From positions 3,268 to 67,267 of the forward strand of contig CAVGMD010000001.1 in the NCBI GenBank assembly GCA_963630275.1: a DNA stretch of 64,000 nucleotides, written 5' to 3'. The position numbers and the translations under genes are program-made. Of the stretch, positions 46,853-56,415 are shown piece by piece; positions within the stretch are counted from its first letter, which is position 1; each line of letters starts with the position of its first letter. This DNA is from Bacteroidaceae bacterium (GTDB taxonomy: Bacteria > Bacillota > Clostridia > Lachnospirales > Lachnospiraceae). The notes under the pieces were generated by a model. The model saw only the letters and a list, made by a program, of their open reading frames with translations, had not been told where the DNA came from and searched no databases.

Positions 46853-48013
46853 TCATGTGTGGGATGCCTTGCTCATCTCCAGTAATTTATCCCGCATTTC
46901 GTTCTCAATACGCTGTAAGTCTTCCTCGGCGCTCTGTCTTCTCGCACGGCCCTCTTCCTGGATTTTCATAACTTCATCCAGTGTATTCATCAGAGTCTGA
47001 TTGGTGGACTTCAATGTCTCAATATCCACAATGCCTCGCTCGGATTCCTTCGCCGTCTCCACCGAAGCCACCTTCAGTGCTTCCGCATTCTTCTTCAACA
47101 GTTCGTTGGTCATATCCGATACGGCGCGCTGTGCCTTGGCGGCATCGGTGGCATGATCCAGACCGATGGCAATGACCATCTGACTCTTCCACAGAGGGAT
47201 CGTATTCACCAGTGTGGACTGGATCTTCTCGGACATGGCGATATCGTTGGACTGAATCAGACGGATCTGGGGTGCCATCTGCAGGGAAATAGCTCTGGTC
47301 AGCTCCAGATCATAGATCTTCTTCTCAAACCGCTCACACATTGCCGCGAAATCTTTCGCTGCCTGGGTGTCCTCCGGCAGTCCGCTCTTCTGTGCCTTCT
47401 CTAAAAGTTCCGGAAGCTCCACGCTTTTTGCCTGCGCCAGTTTCTTTTTGCCTGCCAGGATGTACATGGACAGTTCCTTGAAGTAATTCAGGTTCAGCTG
47501 GTACAGCTTGTCCAACACTGCCACATCCTTTAACAGCACTACCTGATGGCTCTCCATGGCATCGCAGATCTTTGTGATATTGACTTCCGCCTTATCGTAC
47601 TTTGCTTTCAGATTGCTCAGCCTGTCTCCGCTTTTTTTGAACAGTCCGAAAAATCCCTTATCTTCCTCAGTGTCGAAATCCTTTAACTGTGCTACCACAT
47701 CGGTTAAAAGATTTCCGACTTCTCCCATATCCTTGGTCCGGACATTGCTAAGCGCCGTCTCTGAGAAATCTGCGATCTTCTTCTGGCTTCCGGCTCCGTA
47801 CTGTAACACCGCCTGGGTATTGGTCAGGTCGATCTGCGCTGCGAAATCATCTACCTGCTTCTGTTCTTCCGGTGTCAGTTCCATCTCGGGAACCGCCTGC
47901 TCTTTTACTAACTCCTCCGGCTTCTTCTCCGCGATCTCTGCCTTTGCCTCCGCAAAAGGATCCAGTGTAAGTGTCGGTGCTTCTTTCGTTGCTGCGTCTA
48001 AATCCATACTCAT
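46853..48013 (-). CDS. Toxic anion resistance protein, TelA/YaaN family
   Basis: About 386 aa and all-helical. It shows TelA-family features (..L.LDPF.., QVDDFA..IDL.N...VLQYG...Q..I..FS...L, ...LELTRAISLQMAPQIRLIQ.N). I prefer the start at 48013 (MSMDLD). The track start is 48037. Confidence 0.75.
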   Translation of the reverse strand: MSMDLDAATKEAPTLTLDPFAEAKAEIAEKKPEELVKEQAVPEMELTPEEQKQVDDFAAQIDLTNTQAVLQYGAGSQKKIADFSETALSNVRTKDMGEVGNLLTDVVAQLKDFDTEEDKGFFGLFKKSGDRLSNLKAKYDKAEVNITKICDAMESHQVVLLKDVAVLDKLYQLNLNYFKELSMYILAGKKKLAQAKSVELPELLEKAQKSGLPEDTQAAKDFAAMCERFEKKIYDLELTRAISLQMAPQIRLIQSNDIAMSEKIQSTLVNTIPLWKSQMVIAIGLDHATDAAKAQRAVSDMTNELLKKNAEALKVASVETAKESERGIVDIETLKSTNQTLMNTLDEVMKIQEEGRARRQSAEEDLQRIENEMRDKLLEMSKASHT

Positions 48014-48052
48014 AATCAATACCCCCATTTTTATCATTGCATGATTTATATT

Positions 48053-49444
48053 TTACTGCTTTTCCATTACAAAATCCGATTCCGTCAGACCTTCCTTTGC
48101 CAGCATGGTCTGTAATACCTGGGCATCCGCCGATGCATCAAAAGCTGCATCCTGAAACAGATTGTTTAACAATGTCACAAATGCCTGATTGATCATATCC
48201 AGTGTCTTCTCGATCTCTTTCTTGGCATCGAGAATGTCCTCTCCGGGACTGCTGACCTCGTCAAATTCCGCATACTGCTCCACCAGCTTTAACATAGTGG
48301 GCAGGTAATAATCCATTAATTTGTGCATTCTGTGCATCTGCTCCGGGTGTTCCTGCACTCTGTCGAAGATCTCCTTCAACAGATTCTCCAGACGGTACAA
48401 CTTCTCGGAGATTGCCTCTCCTTCGATCCGGTCGTTCAGATCCCGCAGATGTCGGATGTATTCCATCCCTTCTGCCACCATGCTGTGGAGTTCCTGTTCT
48501 CTCTCCGTCTGTGCAGTGTTCTGGGCTGTCCCATTGCCCGGCATCTGTTCTGCCTGCTCTTCTGATTTTTTCTGTTCCAGATAGGCTTTTTCCGTCTCCA
48601 GATATTGATGATAAATCACATCATTTAACATAAAGCAGGTCTCTTTGTCATCCAGATGTCCGTCGGGAAACATTCCGGCTTTTAACATTTTCCGCAGGTC
48701 TCTTCTGACATAACAGACGCTTTTGCCGGTGTAACGAGCCATCTCCGTGATGACACCGTACATTTTGGTGCCGCACAGTTCCAGATATTTCTCCGCACGC
48801 TGTAATCTCCTGCGCTGTCCGTTACCATAGGAGATCATCTCCAGAAATACAACAGAAAGTACTCCCGGAAGAATTGCCGCACTTAAGCTTGTTGCACTAA
48901 AAGCTGCCAGGAGAAGCTGTACCAAAAGTCCCAGCCCGGAAAATCCAAGCCCGATGCCACCGAACACGGTACACAAAGTTCCGGACACGCTCCCTTTTTT
49001 CTCCATTTTTACCAGAGAAGTCATCTCGGAAGCCGTAGCCGGTCTGGGAGTCATGGGCTGTTCCCGGTTCCTTGCACGGTTCTGCGCAGCCTGTGCCTTA
49101 CGCTGTTCTTCCCATTGTTTTTCCCGCTCTTTTCGCTGTCTGTACCATTCTTCGTTCTGTCTGCGGTGTTCTTCCCGCTGTCTTTCCCGTTCTTCGCGCT
49201 CCGCCTGGATCTGTTCTTCGGACTTTTCTTCTTCCCGTTTTTTATCCTGCCAGTTGCGCTGGGAATTCCAGACCTTTTCCTCCGTGGCTTTCCTGGACAG
49301 ATTCGCCTGAAAATCCGCTTCCCGCAGAGCATCGTTGACCGTATCGGTTACTAATGTATTCAGCGCACGGAAATCTCCGGTCTTCATGGCTTCGGCGATG
49401 GTCTCTTTAAATTTTTCCCCTAGATGATTCTGCACTTCACTCAT
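48053..49444 (-). CDS. XpaC-like protein (5-bromo-4-chloroindolyl phosphate hydrolysis family) with a long charged insert
   Basis: 463 aa. It has two central TM helices and a C-terminal segment (...HPEQMHRMHKLMDYYLPTMLKLVEQYAEF...) typical of the XpaC family. The N-terminal third contains an E/R/K/Q-rich stretch (KKREEEKSEEQIQAEREERERQREEHRRQNEEWYRQRKEREKQWEEQRK). It is adjacent to the TelA-like gene, as xpaC and yaaN are in B. subtilis. Confidence 0.65.
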   Translation of the reverse strand: MSEVQNHLGEKFKETIAEAMKTGDFRALNTLVTDTVNDALREADFQANLSRKATEEKVWNSQRNWQDKKREEEKSEEQIQAEREERERQREEHRRQNEEWYRQRKEREKQWEEQRKAQAAQNRARNREQPMTPRPATASEMTSLVKMEKKGSVSGTLCTVFGGIGLGFSGLGLLVQLLLAAFSATSLSAAILPGVLSVVFLEMISYGNGQRRRLQRAEKYLELCGTKMYGVITEMARYTGKSVCYVRRDLRKMLKAGMFPDGHLDDKETCFMLNDVIYHQYLETEKAYLEQKKSEEQAEQMPGNGTAQNTAQTEREQELHSMVAEGMEYIRHLRDLNDRIEGEAISEKLYRLENLLKEIFDRVQEHPEQMHRMHKLMDYYLPTMLKLVEQYAEFDEVSSPGEDILDAKKEIEKTLDMINQAFVTLLNNLFQDAAFDASADAQVLQTMLAKEGLTESDFVMEKQ

Positions 49445-49446
49445 AA

Positions 49447-50340
49447 TTAATATTTTCTCTGACTTTTCAGTTCCTCATAGAGCAGACAGTAATTCTCGTA
49501 ACGTGTCTGCGAAATCTCCCCTTCCGCCACGGCATCTTTCACACCGCAGACAGGTTCTGAGATATGAGAACATCCTCCGAATCTGCAATATTTTTCAAAA
49601 GGAACAAATTCGGGATAAAATCCCGCCAGCTGCTCTTTTTCCAGTCCGAACAGCCCCAGGGAACTGAACCCCGGAGTATCCAAAATGTAAGTATCCGGTG
49701 CAATGGAGATCAGTTCGGAATGCCTGGTGGTATGTTTTCCACGCTCGATCTTCTCACTGATGGATCCGGTCTCCATCACAATCCCCGACTGTAAACAGTT
49801 GACTAACGAAGACTTGCCGACACCGCTGGGCCCCGCCACTGTGGTGGTCTTGCCACGAAGCAGGTCTTTTAAACTGTCGATACCTTCCCTCTCTCTGGCA
49901 CTGACAGTAATGGTCTGAAATCCCGCCTGTTCATAGATGGAACGATAATCTTCTTTTTTCCCCTCTGCGTCAATGTCCTGCTTGTTAAAACAGATGATAC
50001 AGGGAATGTCCTGCTGCTGCATCATGATCAGGAAACGATCCAGCAGATTAAAATTGGGCTGTGGCTTACAGATGGCAAAAATCACCAGTGCCTGATCCAC
50101 ATTGGCTACCGCCGGGCGGATCAGTTCGCTGTGCCTGGGAAGCAGTTCTGTGATATTTCCCTTTTTCTGTGCTTCATCTATGACTTCCATCTCCACATCG
50201 TCCCCGACTAATGGTTTCCTGTGGTCCTTACGGAAGACCCCCTTTGCCTTGCATTCATAGATTCCATCCGCACTGTGGAGTACATCCCCCACATGGACGT
50301 AATAGAATCCGGCAATTCCTTTTATAATCTTGCCCTTCAT
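49447..50340 (-). CDS. rsgA: Ribosome small-subunit-dependent GTPase A
   Basis: It has an OB-fold N-terminus, a circularly permuted GTPase domain (NK.D ... GPSGVGKSSL.N ... TTRH.EL) and a C-terminal zinc finger, C.F..C.H..EP.C. Confidence 0.93.
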   Translation of the reverse strand: MKGKIIKGIAGFYYVHVGDVLHSADGIYECKAKGVFRKDHRKPLVGDDVEMEVIDEAQKKGNITELLPRHSELIRPAVANVDQALVIFAICKPQPNFNLLDRFLIMMQQQDIPCIICFNKQDIDAEGKKEDYRSIYEQAGFQTITVSAREREGIDSLKDLLRGKTTTVAGPSGVGKSSLVNCLQSGIVMETGSISEKIERGKHTTRHSELISIAPDTYILDTPGFSSLGLFGLEKEQLAGFYPEFVPFEKYCRFGGCSHISEPVCGVKDAVAEGEISQTRYENYCLLYEELKSQRKY

Positions 50341-50356
50341 AGTTCCTGCCTTTGTC

Positions 50357-52483
50357 TTATTCCTTCACGAATTCCACTCTTCGGGTAAAGGACTTGTTCT
50401 CCGTAGTGCCGGGAACATTCACCGTGCCGTCCGCATCGGTCGTCGTACTTCCCTCCGTTGTCACCTGATAGGTCATGGTAAGCGTACCACCGGAAGAAGC
50501 GATGCCATTGATATTGGTAGATACCGGGAATGTGGTAACTTTCGTATCCATCAGCACGGTGCCGTCATCCGCCACCAGGGTGATGCCGACTTCCATTCCC
50601 GATACATACTTGGGTGCCTCGGAAGTCGTGGGTGCCGCAATGCTGACATTGCACTTATAGGTCACTTTCTGTGCGCCCTGGCTTACCTTAATATCAATGG
50701 AGGTTCCCTGATCCACATAGGATCCGTGGGAATAGCTCTGATAGCAGATCATGCCCTCTCCCACTTCATCACTGTAGATATAGGTCACACTGCCCACCGT
50801 CAGTCCGGCTTCGATAGCTTCCACCGTACCATCCTGCTCCGACAGTCCGATCAGGTTCGGCACGCGGATCTTCGTATCTTCCTTGCCCAGGCTTACAGTG
50901 ACGGTGATCACACTGCCCTTCGGCGCCTTATTGCCCTCTGCGGGAGTCTGGGAAATTACGCGTCCTGTCTCTATGGTATCGGAATAGCCTTCCGTCTTAT
51001 TGACCAGAAAACCCTTGCTTACCAGCTGTGTATTCGCTTCGTCAAAGGTAAGTTCCACCACATTGGGAACTTCCACACCCTGGGTTCCGGCACTTGCCGT
51101 AAGTGTTACCTTGCTGCCCTTGTCGATCTGGGCACCCACGCTGACATCAGCACTGATAACCACACCTTCTGCCACAGAATCGGATTCCTCGTATGCAACC
51201 TCCGTCAGAATTCCGAGACCTGTCAATGTATTTCTCGCATCATCCACATTCATGCCCGTGACATCCGGCATGGTGACTTTCACATTTTCTTCTCCGGTCT
51301 CTTCGGTCGTGATGATGGGTCCGGAAGAATTGTTATCGTCATTCTTTTTTCCGCCGAAGATCTTCACCGCCAGTACGATCAGGATGATACAGATCACAAT
51401 ACCGGCAACGATTGCCAGAATCGTGGTCACTTTCTCCATCTTGGGATCGTAGTCGTAATCGTCTTCTACTTCTCCCTCTTCTTCGTTCTCGTACATCGCT
51501 TCTGTATCGGAACGCAGACGCATGGTCTCATCGTGATCCGTTTCCTCATATTCACGATTTGCGGGATAAGGAGTCTTTCTCTTGATCTGTGCCATATCCT
51601 CATCTGAGAGCATCCGTGTGCCGCCCTCCATATCCGGATCATGGTTCACCACGAAATCCTCTTCCGGATTGATCAGAGACTGCTTCAGGTCTGCGATCAG
51701 CTCCGCCATATTCTGGTATCTGCGGTCCGGGGACTTCTGACAGCATTTCAGTACGATGCTTGCCACACTGGAAGGGATCTCCGGTACATATTCCTTGGGA
51801 GAAGGCATCTCCTCCTGAATATGCTTGATAGCAATGGCTACCGTAGTCTCTCCGTTAAAGGGAACTCTGCCGGTCAGCATCTCGAACATGGTGATACCCA
51901 GAGAATAGATATCACTCTTCTCATCGCTGTAGCCGCCTCTTGCCTGCTCCGGAGAAGTATAGTGCACACTTCCCATGACATTGGACGTAATGGTGTTACT
52001 GGTAGCCGCCTTGGCGATACCGAAGTCCGTCACCTTTACCTTGCCGTCTTTGGAGATAATGATATTCTGCGGTTTGATATCCCGATGAATAATATGATTA
52101 TTATGCGCAGCCTGAATTCCCATGCTGACCTGGATGGCAATACTTACCGCCTCCTTGTAAGACAGACGCGCCTTTTTCTCAATGTATTTTTTGAGGGTGA
52201 TGCCTTCTACCAGTTCCATTACGATATAGTAGATTCCGTTCTCTTCCCCAACATCATAGACATTTACGATGTTAGGATGCATCAGTCCCGCTGCCGCCTG
52301 TGCCTCAATACGGAATTTAGAGACAAAATTAGCGTTCTCACTGAATTCCTGTTTTAATACCTTGATTGCCACATAGCGATTCAGCTTATGACATTTTGCT
52401 TTATAGACATCTGACATACCACCGGTTCCGATCTTCTCCAGGATCTCATAGCGATCGCCGATCATCATTCCTATTTTGATCAT
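50357..52483 (-). CDS. prkC: Ser/Thr protein kinase PrkC with PASTA repeats
   Basis: It has a Hanks kinase domain (IG.GGMSDVYKA, HRDIKPQN, DFGIA), a TM segment, several PASTA units (PDV.G........L...GL) and a C-terminal beta-rich domain. I prefer the start at 52483 (GGAGAG RBS). The track TTG is at 52501. Confidence 0.93.
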   Translation of the reverse strand: MIKIGMMIGDRYEILEKIGTGGMSDVYKAKCHKLNRYVAIKVLKQEFSENANFVSKFRIEAQAAAGLMHPNIVNVYDVGEENGIYYIVMELVEGITLKKYIEKKARLSYKEAVSIAIQVSMGIQAAHNNHIIHRDIKPQNIIISKDGKVKVTDFGIAKAATSNTITSNVMGSVHYTSPEQARGGYSDEKSDIYSLGITMFEMLTGRVPFNGETTVAIAIKHIQEEMPSPKEYVPEIPSSVASIVLKCCQKSPDRRYQNMAELIADLKQSLINPEEDFVVNHDPDMEGGTRMLSDEDMAQIKRKTPYPANREYEETDHDETMRLRSDTEAMYENEEEGEVEDDYDYDPKMEKVTTILAIVAGIVICIILIVLAVKIFGGKKNDDNNSSGPIITTEETGEENVKVTMPDVTGMNVDDARNTLTGLGILTEVAYEESDSVAEGVVISADVSVGAQIDKGSKVTLTASAGTQGVEVPNVVELTFDEANTQLVSKGFLVNKTEGYSDTIETGRVISQTPAEGNKAPKGSVITVTVSLGKEDTKIRVPNLIGLSEQDGTVEAIEAGLTVGSVTYIYSDEVGEGMICYQSYSHGSYVDQGTSIDIKVSQGAQKVTYKCNVSIAAPTTSEAPKYVSGMEVGITLVADDGTVLMDTKVTTFPVSTNINGIASSGGTLTMTYQVTTEGSTTTDADGTVNVPGTTENKSFTRRVEFVKE

Positions 52484-52538
52484 TCCTGCTCTCCATTCCA
52501 AAAACCTAAGTAACTAAGCATATTGAATATTATCTGTC

Positions 52539-53267
52539 TTATGCACACGGCTCGATCAATATCACACTGATATTGTCTTTTCCGCCGTTGGCATTGGCTG
52601 CTTCTACCAGGTGCTGTGCCTTTTCCACAAGGTCTCTTGCTCCGCTGATAATCATACGGATCTCTTCATCCTCCAGCATGTTGGTCAGACCGTCCGTACA
52701 CATTAAGACGATGTCACCCTCCTGCAGTTCCACGGTAAAAAAGTCCGGTTCCACATGGTCTTCCGCTCCTACTGCCCTAGTAATAATATTTTTCTTGGGA
52801 TGATTCCTGGCGTCCTCACGGTCCAGTTCTCCGATGCGCACCATTTCCTCTACATAAGAATGGTCTCTTGTGATCTGGCGGATCTTGTTCCCCACTACAT
52901 AGAGCCTACTGTCACCCACATTTGCCACCTGCAAAAATCTGCCCATGCAGGATGCCACCACTACGGTCGTACCCATGCCTTCCAGTTTCTTGTCCTCACT
53001 GGCACGCTTCCGGATCACCGCATTGGCTTCCTCAATTGCCTTGCGGAAAATCAGTGACGGATTCTTCTCGAAAGAATTCTCCATCTCGTTAAGCATGGTC
53101 TCCACCGTCACCTTCGACGCATAATCTCCCGCATTATGCCCACCCATACCGTCCGCTGCGATAAACACGTTGGGCAGGTTGCCCACCGGCTCTTCAGAGG
53201 TATAGATATAGTCCTGATTGATATTTCTTTTCCTTCCGATATCGGTTATGGAAAACGTCTTGAGCAC
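52539..53267 (-). CDS. stp: PP2C-family Ser/Thr phosphatase (Stp/PrpC)
   Basis: It has TD.G..R..NQD, ADGMGGH.AG, DGLTN and the C-terminal GG.DN.S. I prefer the GTG start at 53267 (AGGAGG RBS 8 nt upstream), just after the rlmN stop. The track start at 53318 overlaps rlmN. Confidence 0.9.
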   Translation of the reverse strand: MLKTFSITDIGRKRNINQDYIYTSEEPVGNLPNVFIAADGMGGHNAGDYASKVTVETMLNEMENSFEKNPSLIFRKAIEEANAVIRKRASEDKKLEGMGTTVVVASCMGRFLQVANVGDSRLYVVGNKIRQITRDHSYVEEMVRIGELDREDARNHPKKNIITRAVGAEDHVEPDFFTVELQEGDIVLMCTDGLTNMLEDEEIRMIISGARDLVEKAQHLVEAANANGGKDNISVILIEPCA

Positions 53268-53268
53268 G

Positions 53269-54342
53269 TCAAACTTCCTCCTGTGAGAGTCCATCCGGGT
53301 TCTGTGTCTCCTGCACATGACGGCGTCTTAACTGTCCGCAGGCACCGTCGATATCCCGGCCCATTTCCCTTCTAATTGTAACATGTATCTTCTTACTTTC
53401 AAGTTTATTTTTAAATGCCTGAATGTGCTTCGTGTCCGACTGCACGTAATCCCGCTCTTTAATAGGATTCACCGGAATCAGATTCACGTGGCAGCACAAA
53501 GGCTTTGCCAGGGCGATCAGTTCTCTGGCATCCTCTTCCGTATCATTCACACCACCTACCAGACTGTACTCAAAAGTGATCCGCCGTCCGGTCTGTTCAA
53601 AATAGTACCGGCAGGCATCCATCAGTTCATCGATGGAATACCGGTTGGCGATGGGCATCAGTTTTCTTCGCTTCTCATCGGTCGTTGCGTGCAGGGACAA
53701 TGCCAGTGTGATCTGCAGTTTTTCCTCTGCCAGCTGTCTGATCCTGGGCACGATACCGCAGGTGGATACCGTCACATTTCTCTGGCTGATATTCAATCCG
53801 TTCTCGTCTGTTAAAAGATGGAGAAATTTTAAAATGTTATCATAATTGTCCATGGGTTCTCCGGTGCCCATGACTACCACATTGGAGACCCGCTCCTCCG
53901 TCAGCCTCGTGATGGCATAGATCTGATCCAGCATCTCCGAAGGTGTTAGGTTCCGCTCTAGTCCATCCAGGGTGGACGCACAGAATCTGCAGCCCATACG
54001 GCATCCCACCTGGGAAGAGATACAGACACTGTTGCCGTGTTTGTACTGCATCCACACGCTTTCCACCACATTGCCGTCAGACAGTTCGAATAAAAACTTT
54101 TTCGTTCCGTCAATCTTCGATTCCTGTATTCTGACAGGCTTTACACAGGTATATTCATACTTTTCCTTGCATTGTTCCCTGAATTTTGTGGAGAGATTGG
54201 TCATCTCGTCAAAGCTTCGCGCTAACTTCACATGCATCCACTCATACATCTGTTTTGCCCGGAAAGCTTTCTCTCCCATGCTCTCCAGTTCGACCTTCAG
54301 CTCCTCCAGATTCAGGGATTTGATATCTTTTTTACTATCCAT
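53269..54342 (-). CDS. rlmN: 23S rRNA/tRNA (adenine-C2)-methyltransferase RlmN (radical SAM)
   Basis: It has FRAKQ...W, the radical SAM motif CRMGCRFCAS, GMGEP..N, and the C-terminal CGQL. Confidence 0.95.
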   Translation of the reverse strand: MDSKKDIKSLNLEELKVELESMGEKAFRAKQMYEWMHVKLARSFDEMTNLSTKFREQCKEKYEYTCVKPVRIQESKIDGTKKFLFELSDGNVVESVWMQYKHGNSVCISSQVGCRMGCRFCASTLDGLERNLTPSEMLDQIYAITRLTEERVSNVVVMGTGEPMDNYDNILKFLHLLTDENGLNISQRNVTVSTCGIVPRIRQLAEEKLQITLALSLHATTDEKRRKLMPIANRYSIDELMDACRYYFEQTGRRITFEYSLVGGVNDTEEDARELIALAKPLCCHVNLIPVNPIKERDYVQSDTKHIQAFKNKLESKKIHVTIRREMGRDIDGACGQLRRRHVQETQNPDGLSQEEV

Positions 54343-54352
54343 GTCTTATATC

Positions 54353-55666
54353 TCACGTTCTTCTGCGCAACCTTGCGAAGTAAAATCCATCGGTCTCGTC
54401 CGTCCCCGGCAGAAGCTGTCTCTCCTCTTCCAGCACGAACGGGAACCTTTCCGTGATCCAGGCTGCCATGTTCTGATTCTCTTCTCTGTTGATGGTACAG
54501 GTGCTGTATAACAACACGCCGCCCGGCTTCACATACTGCCATCCGGCTTCCACGATCTGTCTCTGCAGCTCATGGATGGATCTAAGGCTGTCCGGCGTTA
54601 CATGATATTTAATGTCTCTCTTTTTGCCCATGACACCTAAGCCCGAACAGGGCACATCCATCAGCACCACATCCGCAGACGCTTCTCTCTCCGCGTCATA
54701 AACCGTAGCATCATGCACCTCCACTTCCACATTGGTGCGGCGCATGCGCTCCAGATTTTCAAGGATCAGGTCTGTCTTATATTCCGACACATCGCGGGAT
54801 AACACATGCCCCGGCTCTTTCGCATATTCTGCCGCCAGAATTGTCTTGCCTCCCGGTGCCGCACACAGATCCATGACATAGTCTCCCGGATGTATTTGAG
54901 CTGCTTTTACCGCCAGGGCGGAAGAAGCATCCTGTACCGTGAATTTTCCTTCGGCAAATCCGGGCAGTTCGCTGACATTTTCCAGATTTTCCGCCAGGTA
55001 TACATAGGGAAGTTCCTTATGTTCGCTTAAGCGGACCCCTGCATCCTCTATCTGTTTCTTAAGATCCTCACGTTCCGTCTCCGACAGTTCCAGGCTGAAA
55101 CGCAGAGATACCGGATGAATCTTAAGCAGTCCTTTCAGAAGTGTTTCCGTTCCCTCCATGCCGTATACCGGAAGCCACAGCTTCACGATCCATTCCGGCA
55201 TAGAATATTTTACGCTGAAATATTTCACGGAATCCGCAGGATCCGGCAGGGGCATCTTGTCCTTGCTGCGGGCAATATTGCGCAGGACGGCATTGACGAA
55301 CCCCTTCAGAGTACGGAAGCCGCGCTTTGCCGCCAGCTTGCAGGCCTCATTACATACCGCACTGTCCGGCACCGCATCCATATACAGGATCTGATAGGTA
55401 CTCATGCGGAGCAGGCAGCGGATCAGAGGTTTCATCTTCCGAACCGGAACCGAAGAGAACTGATTCAGATAATAGTCCAGTTCCAGCTGTCTCTCTATGG
55501 TACCTTCCGTAACTCTCTTGATAAATGCCTTATCCCTGGGATCCAGGTAATCGTATTTATCCAGCACTGCTTTTATTAATTTATGGGAAAAATCCTGCCC
55601 CTTTTCCAGGTCCAGCAGGATCTCCACAATGATCTCTCTTGTATCGGTTGTTGCAGGATTCCCCAT
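54353..55666 (-). CDS. rsmB: 16S rRNA (cytosine967-C5)-methyltransferase RsmB
   Basis: It has an N-terminal NusB-like domain, a SAM-binding DLCAAPGGKT motif, DVPCSG.G and YSTC(T/S). Confidence 0.92.
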   Translation of the reverse strand: MGNPATTDTREIIVEILLDLEKGQDFSHKLIKAVLDKYDYLDPRDKAFIKRVTEGTIERQLELDYYLNQFSSVPVRKMKPLIRCLLRMSTYQILYMDAVPDSAVCNEACKLAAKRGFRTLKGFVNAVLRNIARSKDKMPLPDPADSVKYFSVKYSMPEWIVKLWLPVYGMEGTETLLKGLLKIHPVSLRFSLELSETEREDLKKQIEDAGVRLSEHKELPYVYLAENLENVSELPGFAEGKFTVQDASSALAVKAAQIHPGDYVMDLCAAPGGKTILAAEYAKEPGHVLSRDVSEYKTDLILENLERMRRTNVEVEVHDATVYDAEREASADVVLMDVPCSGLGVMGKKRDIKYHVTPDSLRSIHELQRQIVEAGWQYVKPGGVLLYSTCTINREENQNMAAWITERFPFVLEEERQLLPGTDETDGFYFARLRRRT

Positions 55667-55668
55667 GC

Positions 55669-56388
55669 TTAGTCTCTCCTTCTGCGGTTACCGCCATACA
55701 GCAGGATCAGACGAAGCAGCTGTAATGCGGAGGATGCCGCACCCGCCACATAGGTAAGGGCTGCCGCTGTCAGCACCTTTTTGCCACCGCTTACTTCTTC
55801 ACTGCCTAACAGACCGTATTCCTCCACCTTCACGATTGCTCTGTGAGAAGCATTGAATTCCACAGGCAGTGTCACCAGCTGGAAGATTACAGTCAGGGCA
55901 AATGCCCAGATTCCCAGCTGGATCAGTGTCTGGTTCCAGCTGAGCAGTACTCCTAAGAAAATCAGAGGAATACTTAAATTACTTCCGATGTTTACCACCG
56001 GTACCAGTGCCGCACGGACACTCATGGGCACATAGCCGTGGGCATGCTGAATGGCATGTCCGCACTCATGGGCAGCCACGCTGACTGCGGTGACGGAAGT
56101 TCCGTTATAATTATTATAAGACAGTCTTACGGTATCCGTCCGGGGATCATAATGATCACCGTCACTGGCATTCAGACACTCGATCTGTACGTTATATAAG
56201 CCTTCTCTGTTTAAAATATTCCGGGCTGCTTCCGCTCCCGTAAGCCCTCTCATGTTCCGGACCTTACTGTATTTGCGCATGGTGGAGTTCACCAGTGCAC
56301 TGGCACCCAGACATAACACCAGTCCGATCAGTACCAGAAAATACGTAGGGTCAAAATAATAACCATATCCATAATAACCACCGTACAT
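55669..56388 (-). CDS. Zinc metallopeptidase (YugP-like membrane peptidase)
   Basis: 239 aa. It has HECGHAIQH (HExxH) and flanking TM helices. Confidence 0.8.
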   Translation of the reverse strand: MYGGYYGYGYYFDPTYFLVLIGLVLCLGASALVNSTMRKYSKVRNMRGLTGAEAARNILNREGLYNVQIECLNASDGDHYDPRTDTVRLSYNNYNGTSVTAVSVAAHECGHAIQHAHGYVPMSVRAALVPVVNIGSNLSIPLIFLGVLLSWNQTLIQLGIWAFALTVIFQLVTLPVEFNASHRAIVKVEEYGLLGSEEVSGGKKVLTAAALTYVAGAASSALQLLRLILLYGGNRRRRD

Positions 56389-56415
56389 AGCAAAGTCTCC
56401 TTTCCTATTGTCCTA

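Noticed and set aside
50330-51607. A 425-aa ORF on the plus strand, antisense to the PASTA/C-terminal half of prkC. Similar long antisense ORFs occur at 37692-38633, 28611-29318, 32971-33783 and 30527-31183.
   Set aside because: Their translations are low-complexity and rich in H, R, G, I and C, and none has an RBS or a recognisable motif. Each lies fully inside a well-supported gene on the other strand. They are most simply explained by codon bias of the sense gene removing stop codons from the antisense frame.
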